A stretch of DNA of 64,000 nt from an uncultured virus (IMG/VR IMGVR_UViG_3300042559_001567). Taxonomy: Duplodnaviria > Heunggongvirae > Uroviricota > Caudoviricetes. Under the pieces are notes generated by a model that saw only the letters and a list, made by a program, of their open reading frames with translations, was not told the origin of the DNA and ran no database searches. Of this stretch, positions 16,062-26,177 are shown one piece after another (the first letter of the stretch is position 1; each line of letters begins with the position of its first letter). Where the stretch lies: the IMG/VR virus record IMGVR_UViG_3300042559_001567, positions 1 to 64,000 of that record; one strand, 5' to 3'. Made by a program: the position numbers and the translations under genes.

Positions 16062-17837
16062 ATGAATTCCAAAATAGAACAACTAAAGGAGTATGCGAAA
16101 ATTATAAAGGATGCACCATATGCGTTAAAAACATATTTGCAAACCTATGACAATACTCAAAAAAAATATGTTCCATTAGAGTTGTTTCCTGACCAAATTC
16201 AATTAATTCAGGATTATGAAAATTATAATGAAAACATAACTAGAAAATATAGACAGGCTGGTGTTACTACGGTAACTGCCGCTTGGATTTCTAAGAAATT
16301 ACAAACCGCAAAGGAAAATGAACCAGAAAGGGTTCTTCTTATTGCAAACAAACGTGACACTGCGGTGGAAATGGCCAATAAAGTTAGAAATTTTATTGAG
16401 CAATGGCCTGAATGGATTAATGTTGGGTTCTCACCCGATAAGAACTCAGAAAGTAGATTTAGATTAAACAATGGGTGTGAGGTTAAGGCGGTAGCAACAT
16501 CTGCAGATGCCTTACGTGGTTATACACCAACTATACTTGTATTTGATGAGGCGGCTTATATTGAAGCGGGTGAGGATTTTTGGGCGGCATCTATGGCGTC
16601 CCTATCAACGGGTGGTAAGATTATTCTTATCTCAACCCCAAATGGTTATGACCCTATCTATTACGGTGTTTATGACCAAGCATTACGTGGAATCAATGAT
16701 TTCCATATAACAGATTTAAGGTGGTTTAAAGACCCTCGTTATACCAAAGATTTACATTGGGTTAAGTGTCAAGACATTTGTCATTACATGTTGAATAGAG
16801 AACAATATAATGATGATGAAGTTGTAATGAAGGATTTTAATCCAGAGAATTATAATGAATATATTGAACAAGGATATAAACCGTTCTCTTCTTGGTTTGA
16901 ATCAATGTCTAAGAAATTTAAATATGATAGACGTAAGATTGCTCAGGAATTGGAATGCGATTTCTTAGGTTCGGGTGATGGTGTTATTCCGGGTGATATT
17001 CAAGAGAACATTGCTAAGAATATGATACGTGTACCTAAAGAAAAATATATGCAGGGTACATTTTGGCATTGGAAGGAACCTGTTCAGGGACATCGTTACA
17101 TTATGGGTGTAGATGTTAGTAGAGGTGATAGTGAAGACTTCTCCTCAATTAATATTATCGACTTTGATGAAAGGGAACAGGTTGCAGAATACATTGGAAA
17201 AATACCTCCTGATGATTTGGCTGCAGTTGCATATAAATGGGGTGTTTTGTATGAGGCATATATTGTTATTGATATTACAGGGGGTATGGGTGTTGCAACG
17301 TCTAGGAAGTTACAAGAGATGCAATATAAAAATCTATACATCGATGGGATAAACACTCAAAATATATGGGAGTGGAATAAAAAGGCCATGGATAAAATCC
17401 CCGGTATAAATTTTAACAATAAAAGAACTCAAATAGTTGCTGCTTTCGAGGAACAATTAAGAAAGGGGTTTTTAGTTAGGTCAAGTAGGTTATTAAATGA
17501 ACTTAATACGTTTGTTTATATAAATGGTAGACCCGACCACATGAAAGGTGCTCACGATGATGCAATTATGAGTATGTCAATGGCGTTATATGCTGCCGAT
17601 ATGTGTTTCAATCAATTACAAAAGAACGAAAACGCAAATAAAGCAATGTTGGAGTCTTGGACGATGTCAGAAAGATCGTATGAACCCAATAAATCGTTTT
17701 ATTCTTACGGTACTGCATTTGACCAAATTGGTTCTATGGGGATTGATAATCAAAATTTATATCACCCAAATAATAATATGAATGTATCAAAGGACGCATA
17801 TAGAGAACATATGTGGTTATTTGGTAAATCAAAATAA
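16062..17837 (+). CDS. Terminase large subunit (T4 gp17-like)
   Basis: RQAGVTT Walker A variant, LVFDEAA Walker B, ISTPNG coupling motif, nuclease GVDVSRG and HDDAIM. Confidence 0.92.
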   Translation: MNSKIEQLKEYAKIIKDAPYALKTYLQTYDNTQKKYVPLELFPDQIQLIQDYENYNENITRKYRQAGVTTVTAAWISKKLQTAKENEPERVLLIANKRDTAVEMANKVRNFIEQWPEWINVGFSPDKNSESRFRLNNGCEVKAVATSADALRGYTPTILVFDEAAYIEAGEDFWAASMASLSTGGKIILISTPNGYDPIYYGVYDQALRGINDFHITDLRWFKDPRYTKDLHWVKCQDICHYMLNREQYNDDEVVMKDFNPENYNEYIEQGYKPFSSWFESMSKKFKYDRRKIAQELECDFLGSGDGVIPGDIQENIAKNMIRVPKEKYMQGTFWHWKEPVQGHRYIMGVDVSRGDSEDFSSINIIDFDEREQVAEYIGKIPPDDLAAVAYKWGVLYEAYIVIDITGGMGVATSRKLQEMQYKNLYIDGINTQNIWEWNKKAMDKIPGINFNNKRTQIVAAFEEQLRKGFLVRSSRLLNELNTFVYINGRPDHMKGAHDDAIMSMSMALYAADMCFNQLQKNENANKAMLESWTMSERSYEPNKSFYSYGTAFDQIGSMGIDNQNLYHPNNNMNVSKDAYREHMWLFGKSK

Positions 17838-17890
17838 GATTCCATTTATCAATAATTTAGTTTATATTGTAAAGAAAAGTATTTATATAC

Positions 17891-19726
17891 ATGGCAGAAC
17901 AGAATCTTACCGTCTTTCAGAGATTAACAAAGGTGTTTGGTTACCCAAATCAAGCAAAACAAAAAAATGTTGCACCACCTTCGTTTAATTTCAACAAAGA
18001 TGAAATATTAAAAACGGATAGTAGAGAAGAATATGAAAAGGCAATGTTACAAGCTCAACAGAGTCAATACATTGCAGATAAGTGGACTAAATTAGACCAA
18101 TCACTTTACAATCAATCTGTTTATTACGAACCAAATAGGTTATCAGCATATTACGATTATGAATCTATGGAGTTTACTCCCGAAATATCTGCGGCGTTAG
18201 ACATTTATGCTGAAGAATCAACAACAATGTCTGAGAAAGGACAAATATTAACAATATTTTCAGATTCAGATAGAGTTAAAAATATATTAGATGATTTATT
18301 TAATAACAAATTAGATGTTAACACTAACTTACAAATGTGGACAAGAGGTCTTTGTAAGTATGGTGACGATTTTGTTTATTTAAAAATAGACCCTGAGAAG
18401 GGAGTTGTTGGTTGTCAACAGTTACCAAATATTGAAATTGAAAGAATTGAGGGTGCGGCATCTAAAACACCGAACTCATATACTGATATTAAAGTTCCAA
18501 CAAGAGAGTTAAGATTTACTTGGAAGAATAAAGATTTAGAATTTCAAGCATGGGAGATTGCACACTTTAGATTATTAGGTGATGATAGAAAACTTCCTTA
18601 TGGAACTTCTATGTTAGACAAGATTAGAAGAATTTGGAAACAATTACTTCTTGCGGAAGATGCAATGTTAATTTACAGAACATCAAGAGCACCTGAAAGA
18701 CGTGTATTCAAAGTATTCGTTGGTAACATGGATGATAAGGATATTGAACCTTATGTACAACGTGTTGCTAATAAATTTAAAAGAGACCAAGTTTCAGATC
18801 CACGTAATGGTAATGTAGATATGAGATATAATCAAATGGCGGTAGACCAAGATTATTTCATTCCTGTTCGTGATCCAGCACAAAGCAATCCAATTGAAAC
18901 ATTGCCGGGGGCTCAAAATTTAGGTGAAATTGCAGATATCGAATATATTCAAAAGAAGTTATTAGCGGCGTTACGTATTCCAAAGGCATTCTTAGGATTT
19001 GAAGAAGTTGTTGGTGAAGGTAAGAGTTTAGCATTAATGGATATTCGTTTTGCGAGAACGATTAATAGAATTCAAAAATCTATTATTCAAGAATTAAATA
19101 AAATTGCATTAGTACATTTATATCTTTTAGGTTTAGAAGATGAGTTAGATAATTTTTCTTTATCGTTAACTAATCCTTCAGCACAATCTGATTTATTAAA
19201 AATAGAACAGTGGAAAGAAAAGATTACACTTTATAAAGACGCAACATCTGACCAATCACAAGTCGGTATTTTACCAGTATCTCACACGTGGGCTAAAAAG
19301 AATATTCTTGGTATGAGTGACTCAGAGGTTATTTTAGATTTACAACAACAAAGACTTGAAAGAGCAATGGGATTTGAATTGACAAATACACAAAACATAA
19401 TTAAACGTTCTGGCGTATTTGACGACGTGGATTCTAAGTATGGTATTTCTGAAGAAGAAAGACAAAAATTAGAAGCTGCAGGTGCAATGGGTGGTGATAC
19501 TGCTGGTGCAGGAGCAATGGATATGGGTGGAGCACCCGCAACCCCTCCATCGGGAGGTGAGGGAGAAGCTCCATTGAGTGAATCTTTTACTAAATCTAAA
19601 AAATCAAAGATATTAAGTATGTTGGGAGAAGAAAAAGAAGGAAAAAATGTTTTATTTGATATGGAAAGAGCTCAACAGAATATTTATGAAATAGAAAATA
19701 AATTGAACGATATTATAAACGATTAA
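17891..19726 (+). CDS. Portal protein (T4 gp20-like)
   Basis: AEDAMLIYRTSRAPERRVF, DYFIPVR, IETLPGAQNLGEIADIEY. Confidence 0.93.
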   Translation: MAEQNLTVFQRLTKVFGYPNQAKQKNVAPPSFNFNKDEILKTDSREEYEKAMLQAQQSQYIADKWTKLDQSLYNQSVYYEPNRLSAYYDYESMEFTPEISAALDIYAEESTTMSEKGQILTIFSDSDRVKNILDDLFNNKLDVNTNLQMWTRGLCKYGDDFVYLKIDPEKGVVGCQQLPNIEIERIEGAASKTPNSYTDIKVPTRELRFTWKNKDLEFQAWEIAHFRLLGDDRKLPYGTSMLDKIRRIWKQLLLAEDAMLIYRTSRAPERRVFKVFVGNMDDKDIEPYVQRVANKFKRDQVSDPRNGNVDMRYNQMAVDQDYFIPVRDPAQSNPIETLPGAQNLGEIADIEYIQKKLLAALRIPKAFLGFEEVVGEGKSLALMDIRFARTINRIQKSIIQELNKIALVHLYLLGLEDELDNFSLSLTNPSAQSDLLKIEQWKEKITLYKDATSDQSQVGILPVSHTWAKKNILGMSDSEVILDLQQQRLERAMGFELTNTQNIIKRSGVFDDVDSKYGISEEERQKLEAAGAMGGDTAGAGAMDMGGAPATPPSGGEGEAPLSESFTKSKKSKILSMLGEEKEGKNVLFDMERAQQNIYEIENKLNDIIND

Positions 19727-19728
19727 AA

Positions 19729-20475
19729 ATGAACAAATTCGGGGTTATAAAAACCAAAATGTTGACGAAATTAACTGAATCTTACGCTAAAGAGAATAAG
19801 AAAGAAGTTAAAGATTTATTAAACACAATCAAAGAAAACAAAGACTTTAAAGAAATGTATTTGTTTTATGAAGAAATTGAAAACAAATACATTGAAGATA
19901 AAGAAACTGCGAAGTTATATGTTGAAGGATTAAATACATATTTTGGTCAACCAATAGGTAATTGGAGTAGTTTAAATATGTTTTGTGAATCTTTAAATAC
20001 TAAGTTGGGTGAGATTGAAATCGAAACCAAAGAATTATACGAATCTTTAGATATGTTATCAGAAAAAGATTCATTATCAAATATTGAAAAGAAAGTTATT
20101 GCAAAAAAGAAATTAGTAGAACATTTAACAACTAAAAAGGAAATCAAAGAATCTAAAGATTCAACTATTGTTCCTAACGAAACATTACTACAAGCGGTAT
20201 TAGCAAACAATTTTAACGTATTATATTCTAACACATTATCAGAATCACAAAAAGAAGAATTAAAAAATATCTTATCAATTTCTTATGATGATTTAGTAAC
20301 TAAAAGTAATGAATTACAAGAATCAATTATTAATCAGGTATCTACACTTTTAAGTGAATCAAACGACTCTGATTTAACCACTAAACTAAATAAAGTAAAA
20401 GATGAAGTTAGTCAAATGACAACATCTAAGTACAACTACTACAGATTAACAGAATTAAAAAATGGTCTTAACTAA
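19729..20475 (+). CDS. Hypothetical helical head-module protein
   Basis: Directly downstream of portal; many L/I-x-E motifs. Confidence 0.7.
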   Translation: MNKFGVIKTKMLTKLTESYAKENKKEVKDLLNTIKENKDFKEMYLFYEEIENKYIEDKETAKLYVEGLNTYFGQPIGNWSSLNMFCESLNTKLGEIEIETKELYESLDMLSEKDSLSNIEKKVIAKKKLVEHLTTKKEIKESKDSTIVPNETLLQAVLANNFNVLYSNTLSESQKEELKNILSISYDDLVTKSNELQESIINQVSTLLSESNDSDLTTKLNKVKDEVSQMTTSKYNYYRLTELKNGLN

Positions 20476-20659
20476 GACCATTTTTTATTTGTTGAACATA
20501 CACAGCTTTTAAAACTTCTTTTCTTCTAGTAACTGAAGGTTTTTCAAATTGTTGTCTTTCCCTCAATTTTTGAATTTGCTTAGTTTTTTGAACCTTTTGT
20601 TTATAGGTTCTAAGTGCACTTTCAATACTTTTTTCTTTTGTTAAATCGATAATAATCAT
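20468..20659 (-). CDS. rpsU: Phage-encoded ribosomal protein bS21
   Basis: SIESALRTYK..LRERQQFEKPSVTRR..KAVY; 63 aa, basic; Tyr at position 54 as in Bacteroidota bS21. Confidence 0.9.
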   Translation of the reverse strand: MIIIDLTKEKSIESALRTYKQKVQKTKQIQKLRERQQFEKPSVTRRKEVLKAVYVQQIKNGLS

Positions 20660-20766
20660 AATATAATAAGTATACTACAAATATATAAAATTATTTTTGG
20701 TTTTGTAAGTTTTTTTTCTTATTTTTTAGATAACACCATAAAATAATATATAATAATGAGAAATTA

Positions 20767-21192
20767 ATGAAAACAGGTAAGTATATCCCATTAGGGACTT
20801 ACAACAATGTAAAAATCGGTTATGGTACCGTAGATTTTAAAAATCTTAAAACCGTTTATTTGAAATTGAATGCATGGGTACAACCAGAAAATGATACTGA
20901 AGATTATAATCAAACCATTTCAAAGACAAGAAGAAAAATAAAAGAATCAATATACAATCTTAAAGATTCAAATTTTAAAGACCAATGTATTGTTGATTTA
21001 GATATAAGAACAAAAGGTATTAAGTTAGAAAAAAGGTCATTCATGAACCTCGAAATAACTTTATATGTTGAGAAACAATTTGATGTTAAATCAAAAGAAA
21101 TTAAAAATACAATTAAAAATTTATTGGTAGATGTTGTTAATGACGGTTTAATTGATAAAAAACTGTTCAATTTTCACAAAAGCAAGAAATAA
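20767..21192 (+). CDS. Hypothetical protein
   Basis: 141-aa ORF; TTGGTT-N17-TATTTT upstream (20697-20725). Confidence 0.7.
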   Translation: MKTGKYIPLGTYNNVKIGYGTVDFKNLKTVYLKLNAWVQPENDTEDYNQTISKTRRKIKESIYNLKDSNFKDQCIVDLDIRTKGIKLEKRSFMNLEITLYVEKQFDVKSKEIKNTIKNLLVDVVNDGLIDKKLFNFHKSKK

Positions 21193-21230
21193 CTTGGTTC
21201 TTGATGTATTTATAGTAATAAAATCTATAA

Positions 21231-21914
21231 ATGAAGATATTAGGACCAAAAGAGACGGGGCACGGAATTTTAATAGAGTACGATGCTGGTCACGTTTCAC
21301 CAGAGGATAACAAACAAATTATTAAAGAGGCGAAGGATATGGACTTTTCACAAGACCTTATCCTTTATGCCGTTTTGCAAAAATACGACACTGCAAATAA
21401 GAATGGAAGGATTTATCCTGAGATGTTACTTAAGAGAGAAAACGAGAAATATCAATCACTTATCAAAAAGGGTGGAGCACTTAATGAATTAAACCATCCC
21501 TCATCTTCACTTATCGACTTAGATAGAGTATCCCATTCAATTCTTGAAACATGGTGGGACGGTAAAATCCTAATGGGTAAAATTAAATTATTCACTTCTC
21601 CAGGTTGGAGAAAGATGGGTATTGTATCTACTAGAGGAGACCAAGCTGCAATGTTAATTATGAACGGAGCAACTTTAGGTATATCTTCTCGTGGTGTTGG
21701 TTCACTTAAAAATGTAAAAGGACAAAATATTGTTCAGGAGGACTTCGAGTTAGTGTGTTTTGATTTAGTATCATCACCATCAACTCCAGGTGCGTATGTT
21801 TTTGCGGACCAATCTGAAAGAGACCAATATCAAGAGTCTGAAGAGAAAAAACCCCAAGTTGAGGATAGAATGAAAAAATTAATGGGAAATTTAGATACTT
21901 TTTTATCTAAATAA
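21231..21914 (+). CDS. Prohead protease (T4 gp21-like)
   Basis: NKNGRIYP, ELNHP, GISSRGVGS, FDLVSSPSTPGA. Confidence 0.92.
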   Translation: MKILGPKETGHGILIEYDAGHVSPEDNKQIIKEAKDMDFSQDLILYAVLQKYDTANKNGRIYPEMLLKRENEKYQSLIKKGGALNELNHPSSSLIDLDRVSHSILETWWDGKILMGKIKLFTSPGWRKMGIVSTRGDQAAMLIMNGATLGISSRGVGSLKNVKGQNIVQEDFELVCFDLVSSPSTPGAYVFADQSERDQYQESEEKKPQVEDRMKKLMGNLDTFLSK

Positions 21915-21999
21915 TAAATTTTATAGGGGTAGTTATATCGAAAAAGAGAATTTTTCATAAAAACGTACTATTTATAAGATAATAAAACAAAATTTCACA

Positions 22000-23175
22000 A
22001 TGACTGAAAAATCAATTTTAGAACAAGCGTTACTTCAAGTACAAACACTTGAAGAAGCCGTAAAGCAAAATGCAAAGGGTATACTTGCTTCAACTATGAA
22101 ACAAGAACTGAATGACTTGCTTAAAGAATCATTGGAAGAAGAGGAAGAAACTGAAAACCCTATGATTGCCGCTGAGCAACCTGAGGACGAAGTTAATCCT
22201 GACGAAGAGGCAGATGATATGTCAGACGATGAAGCAACAGCAGATGATGCTGAAGCTGATGATGCTGAAAATGACGCAACAGACCTCGATAACGAAGATC
22301 CTATGAAAGGTATCGACTCATTAGACTCAGAAATGGGTGATGATGAATTACCTACAGATTCAGAATCAGAAGACGAAGAAGCATCTATGGATGATTTTTC
22401 TGCAGATGATGAAGATGTAATGGACATGACAGGTGCTTCAGATGATGAAGTACTAAAAGTTTTTAAGGCTATGAAACCAGAAGATGGTATTGTAGTTAAA
22501 AAAGACGGTAACAATGTCGAAATGTCTACAGGTGATGACGACTATATTATCAAACTTGATGGTGATGATGAATCAGAAATGGAAGCTCCAGCAATGGAAC
22601 CTGAAATGGACGAAGAAATTATGTACGAAATTGAGTTAGATGAAGAAGACGAAGATTCTGAAGAAATTGAGGTTTCTGAAGAGGAAGAAGAATCTAAAGA
22701 AGGAGAGTTTGGCGAAGCTGCAAGAACATATGGAGCTGACGTTAGAGCACCTCAGGGTAAAAAATACAAAGCTGGTCGTCACGAAATGAATGAAGAAGTT
22801 GAAAACTTAAAAAAGCAAAATTCTGAGTATAAGAAGGCGTTAATCCTTTTTAAAGAAAAACTTAATGAAGTTGCTGTTTTCAATGCGAACTTAGCTTATG
22901 CCACTCGTTTATTCACAGAACATTCTACAACAAAACAGGAGAAATTGAATATATTAAAGAGATTTGATTCAGTTTCTACTATGAATGAGGCTAAAAATCT
23001 ATTCAATACAATAAAAACTGAATTAGGTACAAAAATAACAGTTACCGAATCAGTAGTTGAAAAAATCTCAAACACTCCATCAACATCAACATCTCAAGAA
23101 GTATTATCAGAAGCTAAAGCATATGAGAATCCACAATTCAAGAGAATGAAGGATTTGATGAGTAAAATAAAATAA
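22000..23175 (+). CDS. Prohead core/scaffolding protein
   Basis: Highly acidic with coiled-coil; lies between protease and major capsid genes. Confidence 0.75.
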   Translation: MTEKSILEQALLQVQTLEEAVKQNAKGILASTMKQELNDLLKESLEEEEETENPMIAAEQPEDEVNPDEEADDMSDDEATADDAEADDAENDATDLDNEDPMKGIDSLDSEMGDDELPTDSESEDEEASMDDFSADDEDVMDMTGASDDEVLKVFKAMKPEDGIVVKKDGNNVEMSTGDDDYIIKLDGDDESEMEAPAMEPEMDEEIMYEIELDEEDEDSEEIEVSEEEEESKEGEFGEAARTYGADVRAPQGKKYKAGRHEMNEEVENLKKQNSEYKKALILFKEKLNEVAVFNANLAYATRLFTEHSTTKQEKLNILKRFDSVSTMNEAKNLFNTIKTELGTKITVTESVVEKISNTPSTSTSQEVLSEAKAYENPQFKRMKDLMSKIK

Positions 23176-23209
23176 TAAATAAAAAAACCAAAAAACAAAT
23201 ATTCAAAAA

Positions 23210-24964
23210 ATGGGAGCATTATTAGAATCAGGTATGGTAGGTAACATCGGTCTTAAGCACCTTCGTGTTATCAAAGAAGATACCATCAAAAAATGGGATG
23301 ACTTAGGCTTTTTAGAAGGTCTTAACGGTCACCAAAAAGATAACATCGCGCAATTGTATGAAAACCAAGCGTCTTACTTAATCAATGAAGCAGCAACAGC
23401 TGATGCATCTGGTTCTTTCGAGACTGTAGTTTTCCCAATTATCCGTCGTGTATTCTCTAAATTATTAGCAAACGACATCGTTTCAGTACAAGCAATGAAC
23501 TTACCAATTGGTAAATTGTTCTTCTTCGTACCTAAAATTCAAGAAAGAAACGCAAGTAACGGTCACTATTCTCCTTACGGTATCCCAGGTGGTGCTGGTG
23601 GATCAAGTGCTTCTACTGGTTATACAGGTATTAACTTGTACGATCGTTTCTACGAGAACAGTGATGCAAACGATCAAGGTTTGTTTGATTACTCTAAAGG
23701 AGAGTTTTCAACAGTTTCTTTAACAGGTACATCACTTCACGAATTTGCTGCAGGTGAAGCAGGTAACGGAGTAACTTACACTTCAGGTTCAACTGTAACT
23801 TCATTAGGTTCAGTAATCTTGAAATTAACTGGTTTCTCTAAACCAGGTCAAGGTAAATTAGCAGGTCCAGACGGTAACGAAATGGATACTGAAGAATTTT
23901 TAGCTTCATTATCTTTAACATGTCCTCGTATTGCTGGTTTAAGTGGTAGAACATCATTACCATTTAACGTAGTAACTCAGAAATATGGTAAAGGTATTGT
24001 AGAATACGGTTCAAGAACCGCAGGTGCAAATGGTCTTAAATTTAATGACATTTGTGATGAAGATGGTGCAATCTACTTAAACGTTGATTTACAATCTTAT
24101 TCATCTACTGCAGGTTATTCTAATTTTTCTGTAACAGGTACAACATCTTTAGATGGTACTGACTTTACAGCGGAATACCGTCGTTATGCAACTTTAGAAT
24201 TTGAAGATGCAATCGGTGAAGTTTCTTTTGATTTAGAATCAGTAACAGTTTCTGTAACTGAAAGAAAATTAAGAGCTAGCTGGTCTCCTGAATTGGCTCA
24301 AGACGTTAGTGCATTCCACAACATCGATGCTGAGGCAGAATTGACAGCTTTATTATCAGAGCAAATCGCTGCTGAAGTTGACCGTGAAATCTTACGTGAC
24401 TTACGTAAAGGTGCAGCATGGAAAGCTAAGTGGGATTATAACGAATGGAAATACGGTGGAACTGGTGGAGCAACTCTACAAGGTTACACACAGAAAGATT
24501 GGAACCAAACTTTAGTAACTAAAGTTAACCAAATTTCTGCTCAAATCCACAAGACTACATTAAGAGGTGGTGCTAACTGGATTGTTGTTTCTTCAGAAGT
24601 TTCTGCAGTATTCGATGATTTAGAGTATTTCCACGTATCTAATGCAGCTCCTGAGCAAGATTCATACAACATGGGTATCGAGAAAATCGGTTCTCTTGCT
24701 GGAAGATATCAAGTATATCGTGACCCTTACTTCCCAGCTGGAAAAATCTTGATTGGACATAAAGGAAAATCATTATTGGACGCAGGATATGTATACGCAC
24801 CATACGTGCCATTACAATTAACTCCAACAATGTACAATCCATTCAACATGACTCCTATCAAAGGTATCATGACACGTTACGCAAAGAAAATGGTGAACAA
24901 CCGTTACTTTGGTGTAATCGATGTACAAGGTATTGTAACATTCAATATGGATACATTAAGATAA
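23210..24964 (+). CDS. Major capsid protein (T4 gp23-like)
   Basis: VSVQAMNLP, RKLRASWSPELAQD, DAEAELTALLSEQIAAEVDREI, YAPYVPL, GIMTRY. Confidence 0.95.
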   Translation: MGALLESGMVGNIGLKHLRVIKEDTIKKWDDLGFLEGLNGHQKDNIAQLYENQASYLINEAATADASGSFETVVFPIIRRVFSKLLANDIVSVQAMNLPIGKLFFFVPKIQERNASNGHYSPYGIPGGAGGSSASTGYTGINLYDRFYENSDANDQGLFDYSKGEFSTVSLTGTSLHEFAAGEAGNGVTYTSGSTVTSLGSVILKLTGFSKPGQGKLAGPDGNEMDTEEFLASLSLTCPRIAGLSGRTSLPFNVVTQKYGKGIVEYGSRTAGANGLKFNDICDEDGAIYLNVDLQSYSSTAGYSNFSVTGTTSLDGTDFTAEYRRYATLEFEDAIGEVSFDLESVTVSVTERKLRASWSPELAQDVSAFHNIDAEAELTALLSEQIAAEVDREILRDLRKGAAWKAKWDYNEWKYGGTGGATLQGYTQKDWNQTLVTKVNQISAQIHKTTLRGGANWIVVSSEVSAVFDDLEYFHVSNAAPEQDSYNMGIEKIGSLAGRYQVYRDPYFPAGKILIGHKGKSLLDAGYVYAPYVPLQLTPTMYNPFNMTPIKGIMTRYAKKMVNNRYFGVIDVQGIVTFNMDTLR

Positions 24965-24983
24965 TCTTAGGATTTATCATATT

Positions 24984-25012
24984 AAAAGACCCTCGAGAAA
25001 TCGGGGGTTTTT
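24984..25012 (+). terminator. Intrinsic terminator after major capsid gene
   Basis: GACCCTCGA-gaaa-TCGGGGGTT (G-U pairs) followed by T run. Confidence 0.75.
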
Positions 25013-25052
25013 TATTTAAACTGAAATATTTATATCTATAAACAATTAAAAA

Positions 25053-25373
25053 ATGAACAAAAAACTTGCAAAATTACAAAACATAATTGAGGCTAACCAA
25101 AGATTAAACAAAACATTATTAAATGAACAACACCAACCTAAAAATTTTAGTGTGGGTCAAGTAGTTAATACTAAGAGAGATGTTGATGGCCAAATGTATA
25201 CAATAAAAATTACAGCGGCAGAACCAAATTTTATGGTTGGTACTATAACAGGTCCAGGAACATACGGTGGGGCATCGTTAAAAAATGGACAATCGGGTCT
25301 TGAATTATATTCAGACGCTCCCGGTGTACTAAGTGGTAATTCACAATTAGGTAAATTTACAGTAGTAAGATAA
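25053..25373 (+). CDS. Hypothetical protein, probably head-packaged
   Basis: TATTTATA upstream; N-terminal IIE..LLNE segment before a small beta domain. Confidence 0.7.
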   Translation: MNKKLAKLQNIIEANQRLNKTLLNEQHQPKNFSVGQVVNTKRDVDGQMYTIKITAAEPNFMVGTITGPGTYGGASLKNGQSGLELYSDAPGVLSGNSQLGKFTVVR

Positions 25374-25376
25374 TTT

Positions 25377-25401
25377 AAACCCCCAATTATGGGGGTTTTT
25401 T
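25377..25401 (+). terminator. Intrinsic terminator
   Basis: AAACCCCCA-atta-TGGGGGTTT followed by T run. Confidence 0.8.
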
Positions 25402-25404
25402 ATT

Positions 25405-25436
25405 TTTGGCATATTCCAGAATATTATTTATATTTG
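25405..25436 (+). promoter_or_regulatory. Bacteroidota housekeeping-sigma-type promoter (TTTG-N20-TATATTTG)
   Basis: Matches -33 TTTG / -7 TAnnTTTG; same geometry at 49701-49732 and upstream of 8305. Confidence 0.65.
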
Positions 25437-25440
25437 CATT

Positions 25441-25737
25441 ATGGAATACGAGAATCTTAGATTAGATGTTCTTATTAAACTCATTGATGAAAGGGGTATT
25501 TCTTGTAAAAGCAAGAAGGATGAGATTATAAAATACCTTAAATTGGACGATGAGGATAAATATATCAGAGAAACCACTTATATGAAGGATGGTAATGGAT
25601 ATGCTGTGGGTATTGATATTAAAAATAGAGACCATTTACTACAAATGAGTAAATTAATCGAGAAAAAAGAAGGGAAACATTTAAATAGGTACGAGGATAA
25701 TCGTATTATGTTTTGGTCACCACAAAAATTAATATAA
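25441..25737 (+). CDS. Hypothetical protein with SAP/HeH-like N-terminus
   Basis: LRLDVLIKLIDERGISCKSKKDEIIKYL. Confidence 0.55.
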   Translation: MEYENLRLDVLIKLIDERGISCKSKKDEIIKYLKLDDEDKYIRETTYMKDGNGYAVGIDIKNRDHLLQMSKLIEKKEGKHLNRYEDNRIMFWSPQKLI

Positions 25738-26177
25738 TGAATTGGACGGAATATTTTTTAGAAATTGCAGAGGTTGTAAAACTTAAATCTAAGGACCAAT
25801 CTACACAGATAGGTGCTGTTGTCGTTGGGGAGGGTAGAAACGTCCTTTCTACGGGTTATAATTCCTTTCCAAGGGGTTTAGACGATTCTAAACCTGAACG
25901 TCAGGAAAGACCCGAGAAATACTTCTGGATGGAACATGCGGAACGTAATGCGATTTATAATGCTGCGTTAGAGGGTGTGTCCCTTAAAAACTCAACAATC
26001 TATTTAACATCGGGATTACCTTGTATGGATTGTGCTAGAGGAATTGTTAATTCTGGTATAAAGACGGTATATTGTAAGGAAGTCTGCACTACTAAAAATA
26101 AAGAAAAGTGGGATGAATCCCAAAGTAAGGCCAAACAACTTTTAAATGAGTGTGGGGTTAATATAATTTATTATTAA
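25737..26177 (+). CDS. dCMP deaminase
   Basis: GYNSFPRG, HAERNAI, PCMDC; ATG 25737 overlaps the upstream stop. Confidence 0.92.
   Translation: MNWTEYFLEIAEVVKLKSKDQSTQIGAVVVGEGRNVLSTGYNSFPRGLDDSKPERQERPEKYFWMEHAERNAIYNAALEGVSLKNSTIYLTSGLPCMDCARGIVNSGIKTVYCKEVCTTKNKEKWDESQSKAKQLLNECGVNIIYY

Noticed and set aside
16243..16275. Terminase Walker A lacks the Lys (RQAGVTT), suggesting inactivation
   Set aside because: All other ATPase and nuclease motifs are intact, and Lys-less Walker A variants appear to occur in related terminases; no sign of decay
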